From Eledone cirrhosa (Eukaryota): 64,000 nt of DNA. Where the stretch lies: NCBI GenBank assembly GCA_964016885.1, contig OZ024748.1, positions 11,718,001 through 11,782,000 of the forward strand, written 5' to 3'. A program made the position numbers and the translations under genes. Positions 28,813-44,264 of this stretch are shown piece after piece; position 1 is the first letter of the stretch; each line of letters opens with the position of its first letter. The notes beneath the pieces were generated by a model that was not told where the DNA came from, made no database searches, and saw nothing but the letters and a program-made list of their open reading frames with translations.

Positions 28813-29087
28813 TAGTCTGTGACGGTGTACATGTAAAATATAAATAAGTGTGATGGTCAGATGTAGATGTAGAAAAAGGAACGAACCTCAGTAGTGTAAA
28901 CACCATATTGGCCCGTTCTCCTGTGTTTTAGCTTGTATTGCATTGGATGCATAACCTTAATACATAAGATGCTGCCTGATGATGTAGCGTTACTCGTTGC
29001 GTGATCGAATCATCTCAGCACTATGATCACCATTGAAATATATATCACAGCTTTATTAATATCTACATCTGATCTGATTCGTATAAG

Positions 29088-29194
<107 letters not shown>

Positions 29195-29239
29195 ATATAT
29201 ATTTATGCATATGTATGTATACAGAGAGAGAGCATATAG

Positions 29240-29335
<96 letters not shown>

Positions 29336-29367
29336 GAGAGAGAGAGAGAGAGAGAGATTTATATATA

Positions 29368-29399
<32 letters not shown>

Positions 29400-29464
29400 A
29401 GTGTTGAAGTTTCCGTGGAAAAAGTAAAAGGAATGAAGAGTGCTCTTTTAAATAACAGAGCTAA

Positions 29465-29662
29465 ATATTTAATGTATAATAAACAACACAGTATAATTAC
29501 CTCATTCCCCGAGGTTTCCCGAACAGGATGAACACAAGACACGTCAGAATTCGTTCGTCAGAATTGCCTTATCTGACGAACGAATGCGGAAGTCTCTTGT
29601 GTTCATCCTGTTCGGGAACCCTCGGGTAATGATGTAATTATACTGTGTTGTTTATTATACAT

Positions 29663-29669
<7 letters not shown>
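29465..29669. mobile_element. Fold-back element (~95 bp arms) with degenerate CUGACGA cores near the centre
   Basis: Imperfect inverted arms; TTCGTTCGTCAGA / TCTGACGAACGAA at the centre; runs into (TA)n. Confidence 0.6.
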
Positions 29670-29746
<77 letters not shown>

Positions 29747-29921
29747 CAAACATCACGGACGCTCTATCTCAAAATTATTTTTGAAAAGCATTAGAAATGC
29801 GCAACCGGTAAAACTTAAAACCAAAACTGAATACTAACCAATACAATTACTAATTCTCACTTATTCCTAATTAAACTATTTTTCACTGTGAACAATTTGT
29901 CAGCATTTTCTATTCCGTTTA

Positions 29922-29980
<59 letters not shown>

Positions 29981-30187
29981 TCAACTCTGGTATTGCATTC
30001 ATATGCATGTATATATAAATATTATATATACATGTGACTATGTGTATATTGTATATCCGGGTTTCTAGGTTTACACTCACACTAATATACATACACACAC
30101 TCACGTACACATAAATACACACACACATATTAATATTAATATTATTATTAATTTTGTTCATAAAGCCGACCACTAATTGTTATATAT

Positions 30188-30245
<58 letters not shown>

Positions 30246-30429
30246 GTAGACATATACATATAAATATGTGTGTGGTGAGACATACGAGCATACAAACATA
30301 GATACATATATCTATGATGATGATAAAGACATATTTGCCTATATATGTCTATATGTATGTATATATATGTGTGTGTGTGTGTGTAAGTATGTGTAGTTGT
30401 GTAGGTGTGTATATCTATTTATGTTTGTG

Positions 30430-30489
<60 letters not shown>

Positions 30490-30522
30490 TATATATATAA
30501 ATATACATATATATATATATAA

Positions 30523-30771
<249 letters not shown>

Positions 30772-30774
30772 TAT

Positions 30775-31047
30775 AAATATATTAAAATACAAATATTAAT
30801 AAAATAGATGTTCTTTTGATCAATTACATTTTATCATACATATTTCGGAGGTACAACAGTACGTCCTCATCAGACAAAATATACATGACATACCCTGAGA
30901 TGTTAAATGTTTAACATCTCAGGGTATGTCATGTATCATTATATTTTGTCTGATGAGGACGTACTGTTGTACCTCCGAAATATGTATAATAAAATGTAAT
31001 TGATCAAAAGAACATCTATTTTATTAATATTTGTATTTTAATATTAA
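30775..31047. mobile_element. Fold-back element (~130 bp arms) with a hammerhead on each strand
   Basis: Centre GATGTTAAA-TG-TTTAACATC; hammerheads at 30942-30996 (+) and 30827-30881 (-). Confidence 0.8.
30942..30996 (+). ncRNA. Minimal type-I hammerhead ribozyme motif
   Basis: UAUUUUGU-CUGAUGA-GGACGUAC-UGUU-GUACCUCC-GAAA-UAUGUA-UA-AUAAAAUG; all three stems pair. Confidence 0.85.
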
Positions 31048-31186
31048 TAACTCTGGAAAATTATTTTTCGTAGAGTGCTTCCAATCTACTGTAAAACTCA
31101 TTCTTTGATATACTCATTGAATCTTATTTAACTCTTTAATATATAAATATACATATATATATATATAAATATACATATATATATAA

Positions 31187-31282
<96 letters not shown>

Positions 31283-32869
31283 TCATTGTTGAAGTGTTAA
31301 ATTAATGAAGATTATAATAGCAGTGTTAAGAACCTAATTAGTTATTAGTGTCTACCTCGGACAAAATACTAAATTACAGACCAAGAGTGACTTAATTAAA
31401 AATACTTTCTTTTCGATTAGACATCAATTTTCAGTCGTGATGTAATGGTGTTGTTATTGATTTGGTAGTGGTGGTGGTGGTGATAATGGTGGTGATGGTC
31501 ATTGTTGGGGTGGTGGTGGTTGTGGTTTGGTAATGGTCGTCTGTGGTTGTGGCCGAGGTGAAGGAAATGGTTGTGGTGGTAGTGATGTTGGTAGCGGTGA
31601 TGTTGTTGTTGTTGTTGATGTTAGTGGAGGTGGTGGTGATGCCGGGTGTGATGGAAATGTTGTTGTTGTTGTTATTGTTGTTGTTGGTTGGTGGTGGTGG
31701 TGGTGGTGGTGGTGGCGGTGGTGGTGGTTTTGGTGGTGGTAGCCGTGCTGTTGCTGTTTGTGAAGATGATGGAAGTGGTGGCGAGTGGGATGATGGAAAT
31801 GGTGGATGGTAGTGGTGCTGGTATTGGTGGTATTGGTGTTATTATTGTTGATTAAAGACCTATTATTAATGTTTGGGTTGGGTGGGGATGGGGATGGGCA
31901 TATGGTAATGATACTTAATAGCAGTTACTGTTATGATGATGATGATGGTGTTAAATTAGTAAGTGTGCTACAGTTGGTAATATAAGTGATGGATAGTATT
32001 GGTGGTAGTATTTGGAATTGATATTTTTAATTGTACTGGTGTTAATGATGGAATTGTTTCGTTTGTTGAGTTTCAGAAATATCTGAGAAAACGACACTTA
32101 CTGATAATGATGGAAAACTAAAATCATCTCAAATGCCGCCATTAGAACAAAGTCTATCTGGAAAATTACAAATATATCGTCCCTGTTGTAGATGTTTAGC
32201 CCCAGATCAGCTCTGATCGCATGTACCGCTTATTAAAGGCGTTCCCATCGTGAATACTCCATTTATTTCATAATACAAATGGCGCCCGACTTGACTTCCG
32301 TAAGTGTGTAAAACATGCTCAGATGTACCGCAAAAATTTGAAATTGGGTCCGACCTGTTTTGTTTTTATACAGAAAGTTAGTTGTATGATGTCTGTGTGT
32401 GTGATGTTTGATGTTGCATGGTAGAGAAACATGGGCAGTGAATAAAGATGATATGATCAAGAACACAACGCACAACAGATTCCAGGAATCGAACCCACGA
32501 CTGTATAATCAGAGAATCAAAATGGAGGGTTGTCTCGTTTTTAGCAACTGCAGCAAACTGAGTAGAATGTTCCTTTTATGTGAGAAAGGTTGGCAGTAGG
32601 CTGTAGGCAGAGTTCGAGATGGTTCGGCTTAACACATCGATGGAGATGCGTATGAGTATTGAAGCAGAGGTTTGTGGAGAGTGGTGGAGTAGAGGTTTGT
32701 GGAAGACAAGAAATGAAAACATAGTCTTAGGAGAATCTTGGATTAAGTAACGACGAACTAATTTAAAGTAAATACGAGCCTCATGCGTACATTTAAATAA
32801 GTTAGCTTACGTATGTGTGTGTATGTGTACATGTGTCGCTATATTTATACATATATATGTATATGTAAG

Positions 32870-32900
<31 letters not shown>

Positions 32901-33074
32901 ATAAGGAGAATGAGATACATATATATATAAATATATATATAATATATATATATAGAGAGAGAGAGAGCGAGGGGGGGGGATACATAGACAAATAGACAGA
33001 TTGCGAGAGAGAGAGAGGGAAGAGAGATTAAAGTGTGTCTATTTATGTAAGAAAGCGTGTGCGAGTGTATGTAT

Positions 33075-33203
<129 letters not shown>

Positions 33204-33648
33204 TGTGTATGAGCGGGTGTGCACATGTATGTATGTGTGGTAGAGGGGTCTGTGTGTGTGTGTGTTGTGAGATCGGCATTGAACGATCAATTGATGATAG
33301 GAATGTTAGATTTATAACTGACCGTAAAGAAATATCGAATGTTTAATAAATGGATTATCTTTAATCATCTTTGAAACCCATGAATATCTACATGCTTAAA
33401 TATAAAGATACACAAACATATACACACATACACATACACACATACATACATACATACATACATACATACATACATACACACACATACATAAACACATATA
33501 TACATACACATATATACACACACACATACATACATATACTATATATATATAAATTATATGTATATATATATATATAGAGAGAGAGAGATAAAGAGAGAGG
33601 GAGACAGATATATATATATACATATACATACATCTATATACATATATA

Positions 33649-33746
<98 letters not shown>

Positions 33747-33794
33747 AACGGAGAACAGCTTACCGACGGCTACGGCGCCGCCACGCTACTGGAG

Positions 33795-33890
<96 letters not shown>

Positions 33891-34267
33891 TCATAGCATA
33901 TTGTGTATGTATCTATATGTCTATCTATCGTTTTATCTATCCATCAACTCATTTATTCATTCATATATTTATCTGCTTATCTAACGTCTATTGAGCAATT
34001 TATCGATCTATGGACGTATTCATGTATTAATTAGGTTTGTAAGAAATTAAAAGATGGCTCGTAGGGATAACAACGTTGGTGAATTATCTATAATTTTTCC
34101 ATTTTAAAACGTTCATCTTTTCCGGTCTTGTTGTTAGAATAATGAAATATTAATAAGACATCACGTTGTTTGTGAGTTCAGATATGAAACTACAGAATTC
34201 ACTATGGAATATTACAGATCGTAATTACAATATCATTACAATATCCATCAAAATAGAGTTTTTATAT

Positions 34268-34360
<93 letters not shown>

Positions 34361-34465
34361 AACCCGATAATATTTGGGATAATTAAATTTGTTACGGTAA
34401 AATTCTATCGCTATCTTGGCACCTATAATGTTTTAATGCATTGTATAGCTTTTAAATGTATTTAA

Positions 34466-34501
<36 letters not shown>

Positions 34502-34654
34502 GAAAAGTAAGTCTTAATATATAAGAATATTTATATTTATATATGTTTGATACACATACCAAATATGGAGGGTAGTACTAAGTAGTAGCCGGTTACCGGA
34601 AACAATTGTCAGCAAATAAGTGTTCTAAACTAAAATTTGATCGTGTTAACACTT

Positions 34655-34695
<41 letters not shown>

Positions 34696-34699
<4 letters not shown>

Positions 34700-34824
34700 G
34701 TGGTTACACAACAGTTAGTTCACCATACTGTTCCTATAACCATACACATCCCGAGCTGAAGATCCGCGAAGGTGAAACAATTGTTCTCGGTATGGTGAAC
34801 TAACTGTTGTGTTACCACTTCTAC
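34696..34824. mobile_element. Short fold-back element enclosing one hammerhead
   Basis: Arms TAGAAGTGGT-ACACAACAGTTAGTTCACCATAC / GTATGGTGAACTAACTGTTGTGT-ACCACTTCTA. Confidence 0.7.
34751..34790 (+). ncRNA. Minimal type-I hammerhead ribozyme motif
   Basis: CCGAG-CUGAAGA-UCC-GCGAA-GGU-GAAA-CAAUUG-UU-CUCGG; perfect 5-bp stem I and palindromic stem III. Confidence 0.8.
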
Positions 34825-35091
34825 CTAACTCGTCCTTTGGACTGATTGCTCTACCACTACGTATATTACCTTCCAGTGTTCCACCACTATATATATATAT
34901 ATATATATATAGTCCCCTACTTTTGCTCTTTACTCTCTTTACTCTTTGTTCTTGAATGTTTGGTTGGTAGAGTCCATAACACCAATCAAACCCCTTTTAT
35001 AGCTCTGACGAATCCTAGGGTTACGTAATGAAGAAACATTGTAAGCCAATAAAAATCTTTTGATGTTGTAGACGCTCTTGTATTCTTTTTC

Positions 35092-35122
<31 letters not shown>

Positions 35123-35496
35123 GTGGTACGAACATACATCGATCGGTAATTAAACACCTTTTAATATGTTATATATATATAATTGATCCTGACGATTTCT
35201 TTGCAAATGTAAAGCCAAGAAGTTGTAAAGACGCCCTCGTGACATTTAAGCCTTGTTTATGTCGGTAGAATTTGAACTCAGGACATAGAGATCTAAGACT
35301 AATAACACACGACATTCTAACTGAGTTCTAAAGACTCTGCCAGTTCGCTGGTTTATGTATATACGCATGTATATGCATGTATGAATGTATGTGTGTATAT
35401 ATACATGTATATGTATGTATAGATGTATGGATGTATGTATATATGTATGTATGGATGTATGTATGTATGTATATATGTATGTATATATGTTTATGT

Positions 35497-36104
35497 CAGG
35501 TCACCAGTTGGTGCTACTGGTAACATGTATCCCAGTACAACCTGTCTCATGGTCGGGTCGTTGGCGACTAAACTGGCAACCCCACCAAGTTTTCTTGGTG
35601 AGGAGGGTGACTTTGGACATCCTGCAGGACTAAAAACAAAACCTGTCAAAGGGCAAAGGAGCTCTTAAGAGTCAATGGCCATCCAAAATCACCGGGAGAG
35701 ATGGCCCCTTAGCCTTTATCAAGGCAGAATTCTAGGAGAAGGAAAACTCTGATATAACACCTGCAATCCTGATGGTATCCAATGATGTTGACTTGTTCTT
35801 CTTTTTGGTAAATATCATCTTGGTTAAGAGAGTGAGACTGACTTTGTGTGGTGCCTTTGCTCACTATAAAAGCTTCACGGCACAGGCATTGCTTTATATC
35901 TGGAGATCTCTCTTGACTTGTCGTCACATGGTACCATGGGCCCAGCACTATGTGTCAATAATTGTCACAAGTGTAGTGTTTGTACCAGAGTTTTCAAGTC
36001 GCTGGCTGGACTAAAAAGTCACACTCGTTCAGCGCATCGGTAGCGGTTCTCCTACATGGATATAAAGTGGTGGCCGTACTCGAAAACGAGTTGGCAGCCA
36101 CCAT
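35497..36104 (+). mobile_element. RTE-derived non-autonomous element, copy 5 (longest, ~610 bp)
   Basis: Same body as 2432-2888 plus ~150 bp extra 5' sequence; flanked by (TGTA)n. Confidence 0.75.
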
Positions 36105-36540
36105 GTATGTATGTATGTATGTATGGATGGATGTACATGTATGTTTGTGAGTGGTGTTTGTGAGTACGTGTAAGTATGTAACATGTAAGCATGTATGTAT
36201 AGGTTCTGGAAGATAAACGAAGAATTTCCAATATACAAATACAGGAGTGAAATCGACCATTAGCTGAACATAATAGTGTTTATCGGAAATATACGGAGAA
36301 AGAGTCGGACACTGACGTAACAATAATGTCCACAAAGATTATAGGAAGACCCGATATGAGGAGAGAGGAAGGTAGAGGAAGATACAATAAGGTGTCAATT
36401 GGAAACACACAAACGTACATGGCTATTGTTGAAACAATGATATTTGTATTATAGACAATACGAAAACAGACGAAGACGGAGACAGAATAAGGGTCTCTCT
36501 CTCTCTCTCTCTCTATCTATCTCTCTCTCTTTCTCTCTCC

Positions 36541-36615
<75 letters not shown>

Positions 36616-37107
36616 CAGATTAAAGTTTAAACAAAGAATCGCTGCTTTCACCCTGGGTTTCTATATTTATATATCTTATACATCATATATATCATATATA
36701 ATCCTTATCGAGCCCTCTTCGGATTTTAGTGTGACGTGCGTTTCGCGATTGATCACCTCAAGGTTCGATCTGTATCGATCGGGCCCGACTCTGGAATCAA
36801 AAGCTCATTAGACTTCTGTTATTGTAATGACAGAATGTTTCCCTTGCAGCTATATAAAAATCAGGATGGATTCAGGTTGAAACTGGTTAGAGCATTACTC
36901 AACGGAGTACTCGATACTTGGGGTAGTAGAGTATGGAACTAGCTGGTGAAACGTTAGTTACAGAATCTTTAGTTTATTCATTCATAAAAGTTTGATAAAA
37001 ACTTTCACTTCCAGGTTAAGAGAATCAAAGCAACACACTTGTTACTATACTATTATATACATATAAACATATATACATTACATATATACACAGTCGATAT
37101 ATATGTA

Positions 37108-37166
<59 letters not shown>

Positions 37167-37204
37167 AGTGTATATGTGTGTCTGTGTTATGGGTATAGAT
37201 ATAC

Positions 37205-37289
<85 letters not shown>

Positions 37290-37564
37290 TATATAGTGGA
37301 ATATATAGATAGGTAGATAAATATATAGCTTTAAGCGTGTATATGTGTGTGTGTGTGTGTGTGCACTCATATGTGCGTGTATGAATGCATATATGTGTGC
37401 GTGCATACCAATACATTAACTACAACTAAATAAGTTTCATACTTTCATTTTTTTTATATTCTTGTCTTTCTTTTTGTTATCTAGACATATTCAAATATAT
37501 TCAAATATTACCAATATTGATTTTATCATTCCAGTTTCAAGGGGGTTAAAAACGTTACCCACAC

Positions 37565-37632
<68 letters not shown>

Positions 37633-37779
37633 TACACACAAAGAAAACACTATCCCTCTCTCCCACAGTCACGGATGCACACACCGATACATACACACAG
37701 TCACGCGTACACACTCACAAACACATACATACACAAACAAACAGATTTTCCCTCCCACTTTCCCCACACAGTCACGCTT

Positions 37780-37809
37780 ACACACACACACTTACACATA
37801 CACACACGC

Positions 37810-37850
<41 letters not shown>

Positions 37851-38365
37851 CACACACACACACACCCACACACAAACAAACAGACTCTCACTCACTGCCA
37901 CTTTGCCACACAGTCATGCTTACACACACACTGACACACACACTGATACATACACTGACACTTACACATACACACACGCACACACACACACACGCACACA
38001 TACACACACAAAGAAAGACACGCTCCCTCTCTCGGATGTACACAGAAATACACACACACACACACACACACAGTCACACACACACACAAACAAACAGACT
38101 CTCACTCACTGCCACTTTGCCACACAGGCATGCTTACACACACACTGACACACACACACACGCACACATACACACACAAAGAAAGACACACTCCCTCTCT
38201 CGGATGTACACACAAATACAAACACACACACACACACACACAGTCACACACACACACCCACACACAAACAAACAGACTCTCACTCACTGCAACTTTGCCA
38301 CACAGTCATGCTTACACACACACTGACACACACACTGATACATACACTGACACTTACACATGCAC

Positions 38366-38407
<42 letters not shown>

Positions 38408-38815
38408 ACACAAAGAAAGACACACTCCCTCTCTCGGATGTACACACAAATACAAACACACACACACACACACAGTCACACACACACACCCACGCACAAA
38501 CAAACAGACTCTCACTCACTGCAACTTTGCCACACAGTCATGCTTACACACACACTGACACACACACTGATACATACACTGACACTTACACATACACACA
38601 CGCACACACACACACACGCACACATACACACACAAAGAAAGACACACTCCCTCTCTCGGATGTACACACAAATACACACACACACACACACAGTCACACA
38701 CACACACCCACACACAAACAAACAGACTCTCACTCACTGCAACTTTGCCACACAGTCATGCTTACACACACACTGACACACACACTGATACATACACTGA
38801 CACTTACACATGCAC

Positions 38816-38856
<41 letters not shown>

Positions 38857-39035
38857 GAAAGACACACTCCCTCTCTCGGATGTACACATAAATACAAACA
38901 CACACACACACAGTCACACACACACACCCACACACAAACAAACAGACTCTCACTCACTGCAACTTTGCCACACAGTCATGCTTACACACACACTGACACA
39001 CACACTGATACATACACTGACACTTACACATGCAC

Positions 39036-39077
<42 letters not shown>

Positions 39078-39265
39078 ACACAAAGAAAGACACACTCCCT
39101 CTCTCGGATGTACACACAAATACAAACACACACACACACAGTCACACACACACACACCCACACACAAACAAACAGACTCTCACTCACTGCCACTTTGCCA
39201 CACAGTCATGCTTACACACACACTGACACACACACTGATACATACACTGACACTTACACATGCAC

Positions 39266-39309
<44 letters not shown>

Positions 39310-39495
39310 ACACAAAGAAAGACACACTCCCTCTCTCGGATGTACACACAAATACAAACACACACACACACAGTCACACACACACACACACACACAAACA
39401 AACAGACTCTCACTCACTGCAACTTTGCCACACAGTCATACTTACACACACACTGACACACACACTGATACATACACTGACACTTACACATGCAC

Positions 39496-39537
<42 letters not shown>

Positions 39538-39725
39538 ACACAAAGAAAGACACACTCCCTCTCTCGGATGTACACACAAATACAAACACACACACACACA
39601 GTCACACACACACACACCCACACACAAACAAACAGACTCTCACTCACTGCCACTTTGCCACACAGTCATGCTTACACACACACTGACACACACACTGATA
39701 CATACACTGACACTTACACATGCAC

Positions 39726-39769
<44 letters not shown>

Positions 39770-39955
39770 ACACAAAGAAAGACACACTCCCTCTCTCGGA
39801 TGTACACACAAATACAAACACACACACACACAGTCACACACACACACACACACACAAACAAACAGACTCTCACTCACTGCAACTTTGCCACACAGTCATA
39901 CTTACACACACACTGACACACACACTGATACATACACTGACACTTACACATGCAC

Positions 39956-39999
<44 letters not shown>

Positions 40000-40187
40000 A
40001 CACAAAGAAAGACACACTCCCTCTCTCGGATGTACACACAAATACAAACACACACACACACAGTCACACACACACACACCCACACACAAACAAACAGACT
40101 CTCACTCACTGCCACTTTGCCACACAGTCATGCTTACACACACACTGACACACACACTGATACATACACTGACACTTACACATGCAC

Positions 40188-40231
<44 letters not shown>

Positions 40232-40417
40232 ACACAAAGAAAGACACACTCCCTCTCTCGGATGTACACACAAATACAAACACACACACACACAGTCACA
40301 CACACACACACACACACAAACAAACAGACTCTCACTCACTGCAACTTTGCCACACAGTCATACTTACACACACACTGACACACACACTGATACATACACT
40401 GACACTTACACATGCAC

Positions 40418-40459
<42 letters not shown>

Positions 40460-40650
40460 ACACAAAGAAAGACACACTCCCTCTCTCGGATGTACACACA
40501 AATACAAACACACACACACACAGTCACACACACACACCCACACACAAACAAACAGACTCTCACTCACTGCCACTTTGCCACACAGTCATGCTTACACACT
40601 GACACACACACTATTACATACACTGACACACACACATACACACACGCACA
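37780..40650. repeat. ~230-bp CA-rich tandem repeat, about 12 units
   Basis: Recurring anchors AAAGAAAGACACACTCCCTCTCTCGGATGTAC and CAAACAAACAGACTCTCACTCACTGC-ACTTTGCCACACAGTCAT at ~230 bp spacing. Confidence 0.9.
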
Positions 40651-40769
40651 ATTCCAGTGTTCCATTTATGGATAGTTCATAAAATATTCGTGAAAGGCGA
40701 TTACCTCAAATGTATGCCATAGACGATTTCATGGTGTAAAATAACAATGCAATATGTAAATGAAAACCC

Positions 40770-40865
<96 letters not shown>

Positions 40866-41105
40866 GTGTAAACATACATACATGCGTATATGTATAATAC
40901 ACAAACGAACATTTATATATGCATGTATATATGTATATTTATATATATATATATAAATATATATACATATGGTGTATATATATAAAAATAAATATATATC
41001 TAAATATGAATTTGGATATATATAAATAAATATGTGTATATATATATAAATATACATATATATATATTATATATATATATATATGTATGTATATATATAT
41101 ATTGC

Positions 41106-41179
<74 letters not shown>

Positions 41180-42895
41180 TATATGTATATTTATATATAT
41201 ATACACATATTTATTTATATATATCCAAATTCATATTTAGATATATATTTATTTTTATATATATACACCATATGTATATATATTTATATATATATATATA
41301 AATATACATATATACATGCATATATAAATGTTCGTTTATATATATATATGTTCGTTATATATATATATATATATATATGAACTACATAATCAGAAATATT
41401 CATTTCTTTTCTCCGTTTATGCAATAAACATAAATGATTGATTTTTTTTTTATTTATCGTTCAATTCTGAATTTTTCTATTTTATTTTTTTTTTCTGTTA
41501 TCTTTTTTTAAATTTTATTCTCCAATTTTTTTTGTTATTTTAATCTTCAAAGATTATTACTTAAATCTATAGTAATCTAAACTTTAATAATATATACTTA
41601 TATTTATAACAAATGTTTGTTTGCGTATGTGCGCGAATTTATGCGTGTGTATTTGTGTGTTTGTGTGTGGTTGTGCACAGATACATCTGAGCGTTTATGT
41701 GTTAAACGATATCTGTGTATTGTGTAAACATATTCATTTGTGTATGTCTGTCTGTATTTATGTATATACACATGTGTATATATTTCTATGCATGTGTGGG
41801 TATATGTATGTATGTATCTATGTATGTACGTCTGTCTGTATTTATGTACACATGTGTATATATGTATGTATGTGTGTATATATGTATGTATGTATTTATG
41901 TACACGTGTGTATATATGTATGTATGTGTGTATATATGTATGTATCTATGTATGTATGCCTGTCTCTATTTATGTACTCATGCGTATATATTTGTATTTA
42001 TGTGTGTGTGTGTGTGTGTGTATCTATATATGTATCTATGTATCTATGTGCTGTGTATATATCTATATATGTATCTATGTATCTATGTATCTATGTACGT
42101 ATATACGTATGTATGTAAATATGTCTATGTATGCGTGCATGTAGGCAATAAGCTCGTATATATTTTATGTATATATCTAAATATGTCTATATATATGTGT
42201 GTGTGTATATATAGATATAGATGTGTGATAATTTATATAATGCATACTGAATATTGTTTTCACTTTACATATATGCTAATGTGCACACACACACAAATAC
42301 ACAAGCACAAACGCACATATATATACACATACAAGCACACAAATATGCGTATACGCACATTTACATTGAATGTTTATTTATAAGATAATATATCTTCTAT
42401 ATACACAACTAAATATTGTTTTCACTTTACATATATACTAATGTACACACACACACAAGCACACACGAACACAAAAACACACACACCTATATATAGACAC
42501 TATATACACACATAAACATGTATATACACACGTATACATTGAATATAATGCTTGACATAAAAGGCTTCTTTGTCTTCATGGACTAAACAGGAAATGACGT
42601 TAAAAAATTCTGTAGACAAATCGATTTTGTAAAGCAAACAGTCGCACCTCAAGATTCTATTTATACAACTTTAGAACCTACCGCTTGGATTTCGGTTTAA
42701 TATTCCTGTGGAGAAACAAAACAGACAGGTTGGGAATATTAAACAAAGGTTACTACAGTGTGGGACAGATAACGACGGGGTTAGTTTGCTTCCATTGGAA
42801 GAAACACTTGCAGACGAGAAAGACAAAGAAAATAATGTCAAGCTCTTACAAATATTTCTTATAAAATATTAAAATGAAGCAAAACTTGACAGTAT

Positions 42896-42958
<63 letters not shown>

Positions 42959-42980
42959 GCACGCACGCACGCACGCACGC

Positions 42981-43030
<50 letters not shown>

Positions 43031-43049
43031 TTATATATATATATATAGT

Positions 43050-43253
43050 GAAGGCGTGTGGCTGAGTGGTTAGAGAATTGGATTCACAATCTTGAGGTTG
43101 TGAGTTCGATTCCTGGACCGGGCGATGCGTTATGTCCTTGAGCAAGACACTTTATTTCTACCTGGAGTTGCGACCGATAGATAGTACTAGCAACTGGAAA
43201 GACCAACGGAAACATTGTTTCCTCGGTCCGATTTGACGAAAGTCGATCGATCC
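43050..43253 (+). mobile_element. SINE family 2, copy 2
   Basis: Near-identical to 21688-21910. Confidence 0.75.
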
Positions 43254-43275
43254 AAAAAAAAAAATATATATATAT

Positions 43276-43309
<34 letters not shown>

Positions 43310-43381
43310 ATACAAGTGGAAGCTTAGTAAAATCGAAGCTTTGGCTGCGGCCAAGCAAAATCGACCTACAATTAGGAATGA

Positions 43382-43423
<42 letters not shown>

Positions 43424-43650
43424 AACAGAGAGAGTGGTGGGAGTTCATTTTACTTTACTTTTATTTACTGTTACCCACAAAATAATGTATTAAATCGTTT
43501 ATGTCTAATATATACAAATATAATATATACATATCTAGATATATTTTTATACCTATAATATATTTTATATATATACATATATATTTCTATATATATATAT
43601 ATATATAGCTAAAATATATAATATATATTACCTACAATACATACATAGAG

Positions 43651-43717
<67 letters not shown>

Positions 43718-43797
43718 GGTAAACAGAAATAACAACTCAATCGGTGGTTTCTAATTCAGGTTCAAAACCGGCATTGTAGAGGCTTCCAAAACCGACC

Positions 43798-43915
<118 letters not shown>

Positions 43916-44001
43916 GTGTGTATATATATGACAAGTATGACAAGGCTGTAATTTTAAATTATATGTGCATATGTTTTCAGAGAAAATACAAGGAAAGTAA
44001 G

Positions 44002-44063
<62 letters not shown>

Positions 44064-44065
44064 TA

Positions 44066-44116
44066 TTTCTTTATTAGCCACAGGGGCACAAAAGAAGGGG
44101 ACAAATACAAAGGGGG
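44066..44116 (-). mobile_element. Isolated 3' tail of the L1/Tx1-like family
   Basis: Minus strand CCCTGTGGCTAATAAAGAAA then (TATC)n; matches tails at ~24903-24922 and ~62952-62972. Confidence 0.5.
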
Positions 44117-44217
44117 AAGTTTACATACAATAAAAACGTGTAAAATGTTATCACAGATGGAATTTAAAAGTTAGTCGATTTTCCCCAATAGAGGGAGACA
44201 GTTTATATGGGTAACAC

Positions 44218-44264
<47 letters not shown>

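Noticed and set aside
32408-32700. RTE ORF remnant (MLHGRETWAV)
   Set aside because: Motif resembles RTE MLHGSETW, but the segment is too short and fragmented to delimit.
35497-35580. HDV-like ribozyme at the 5' end of the RTE-derived element
   Set aside because: P2-like CCAGU/ACUGG, a short P4 and CUAA are visible, but P1 and P3/L3 could not be paired; needs a descriptor search.
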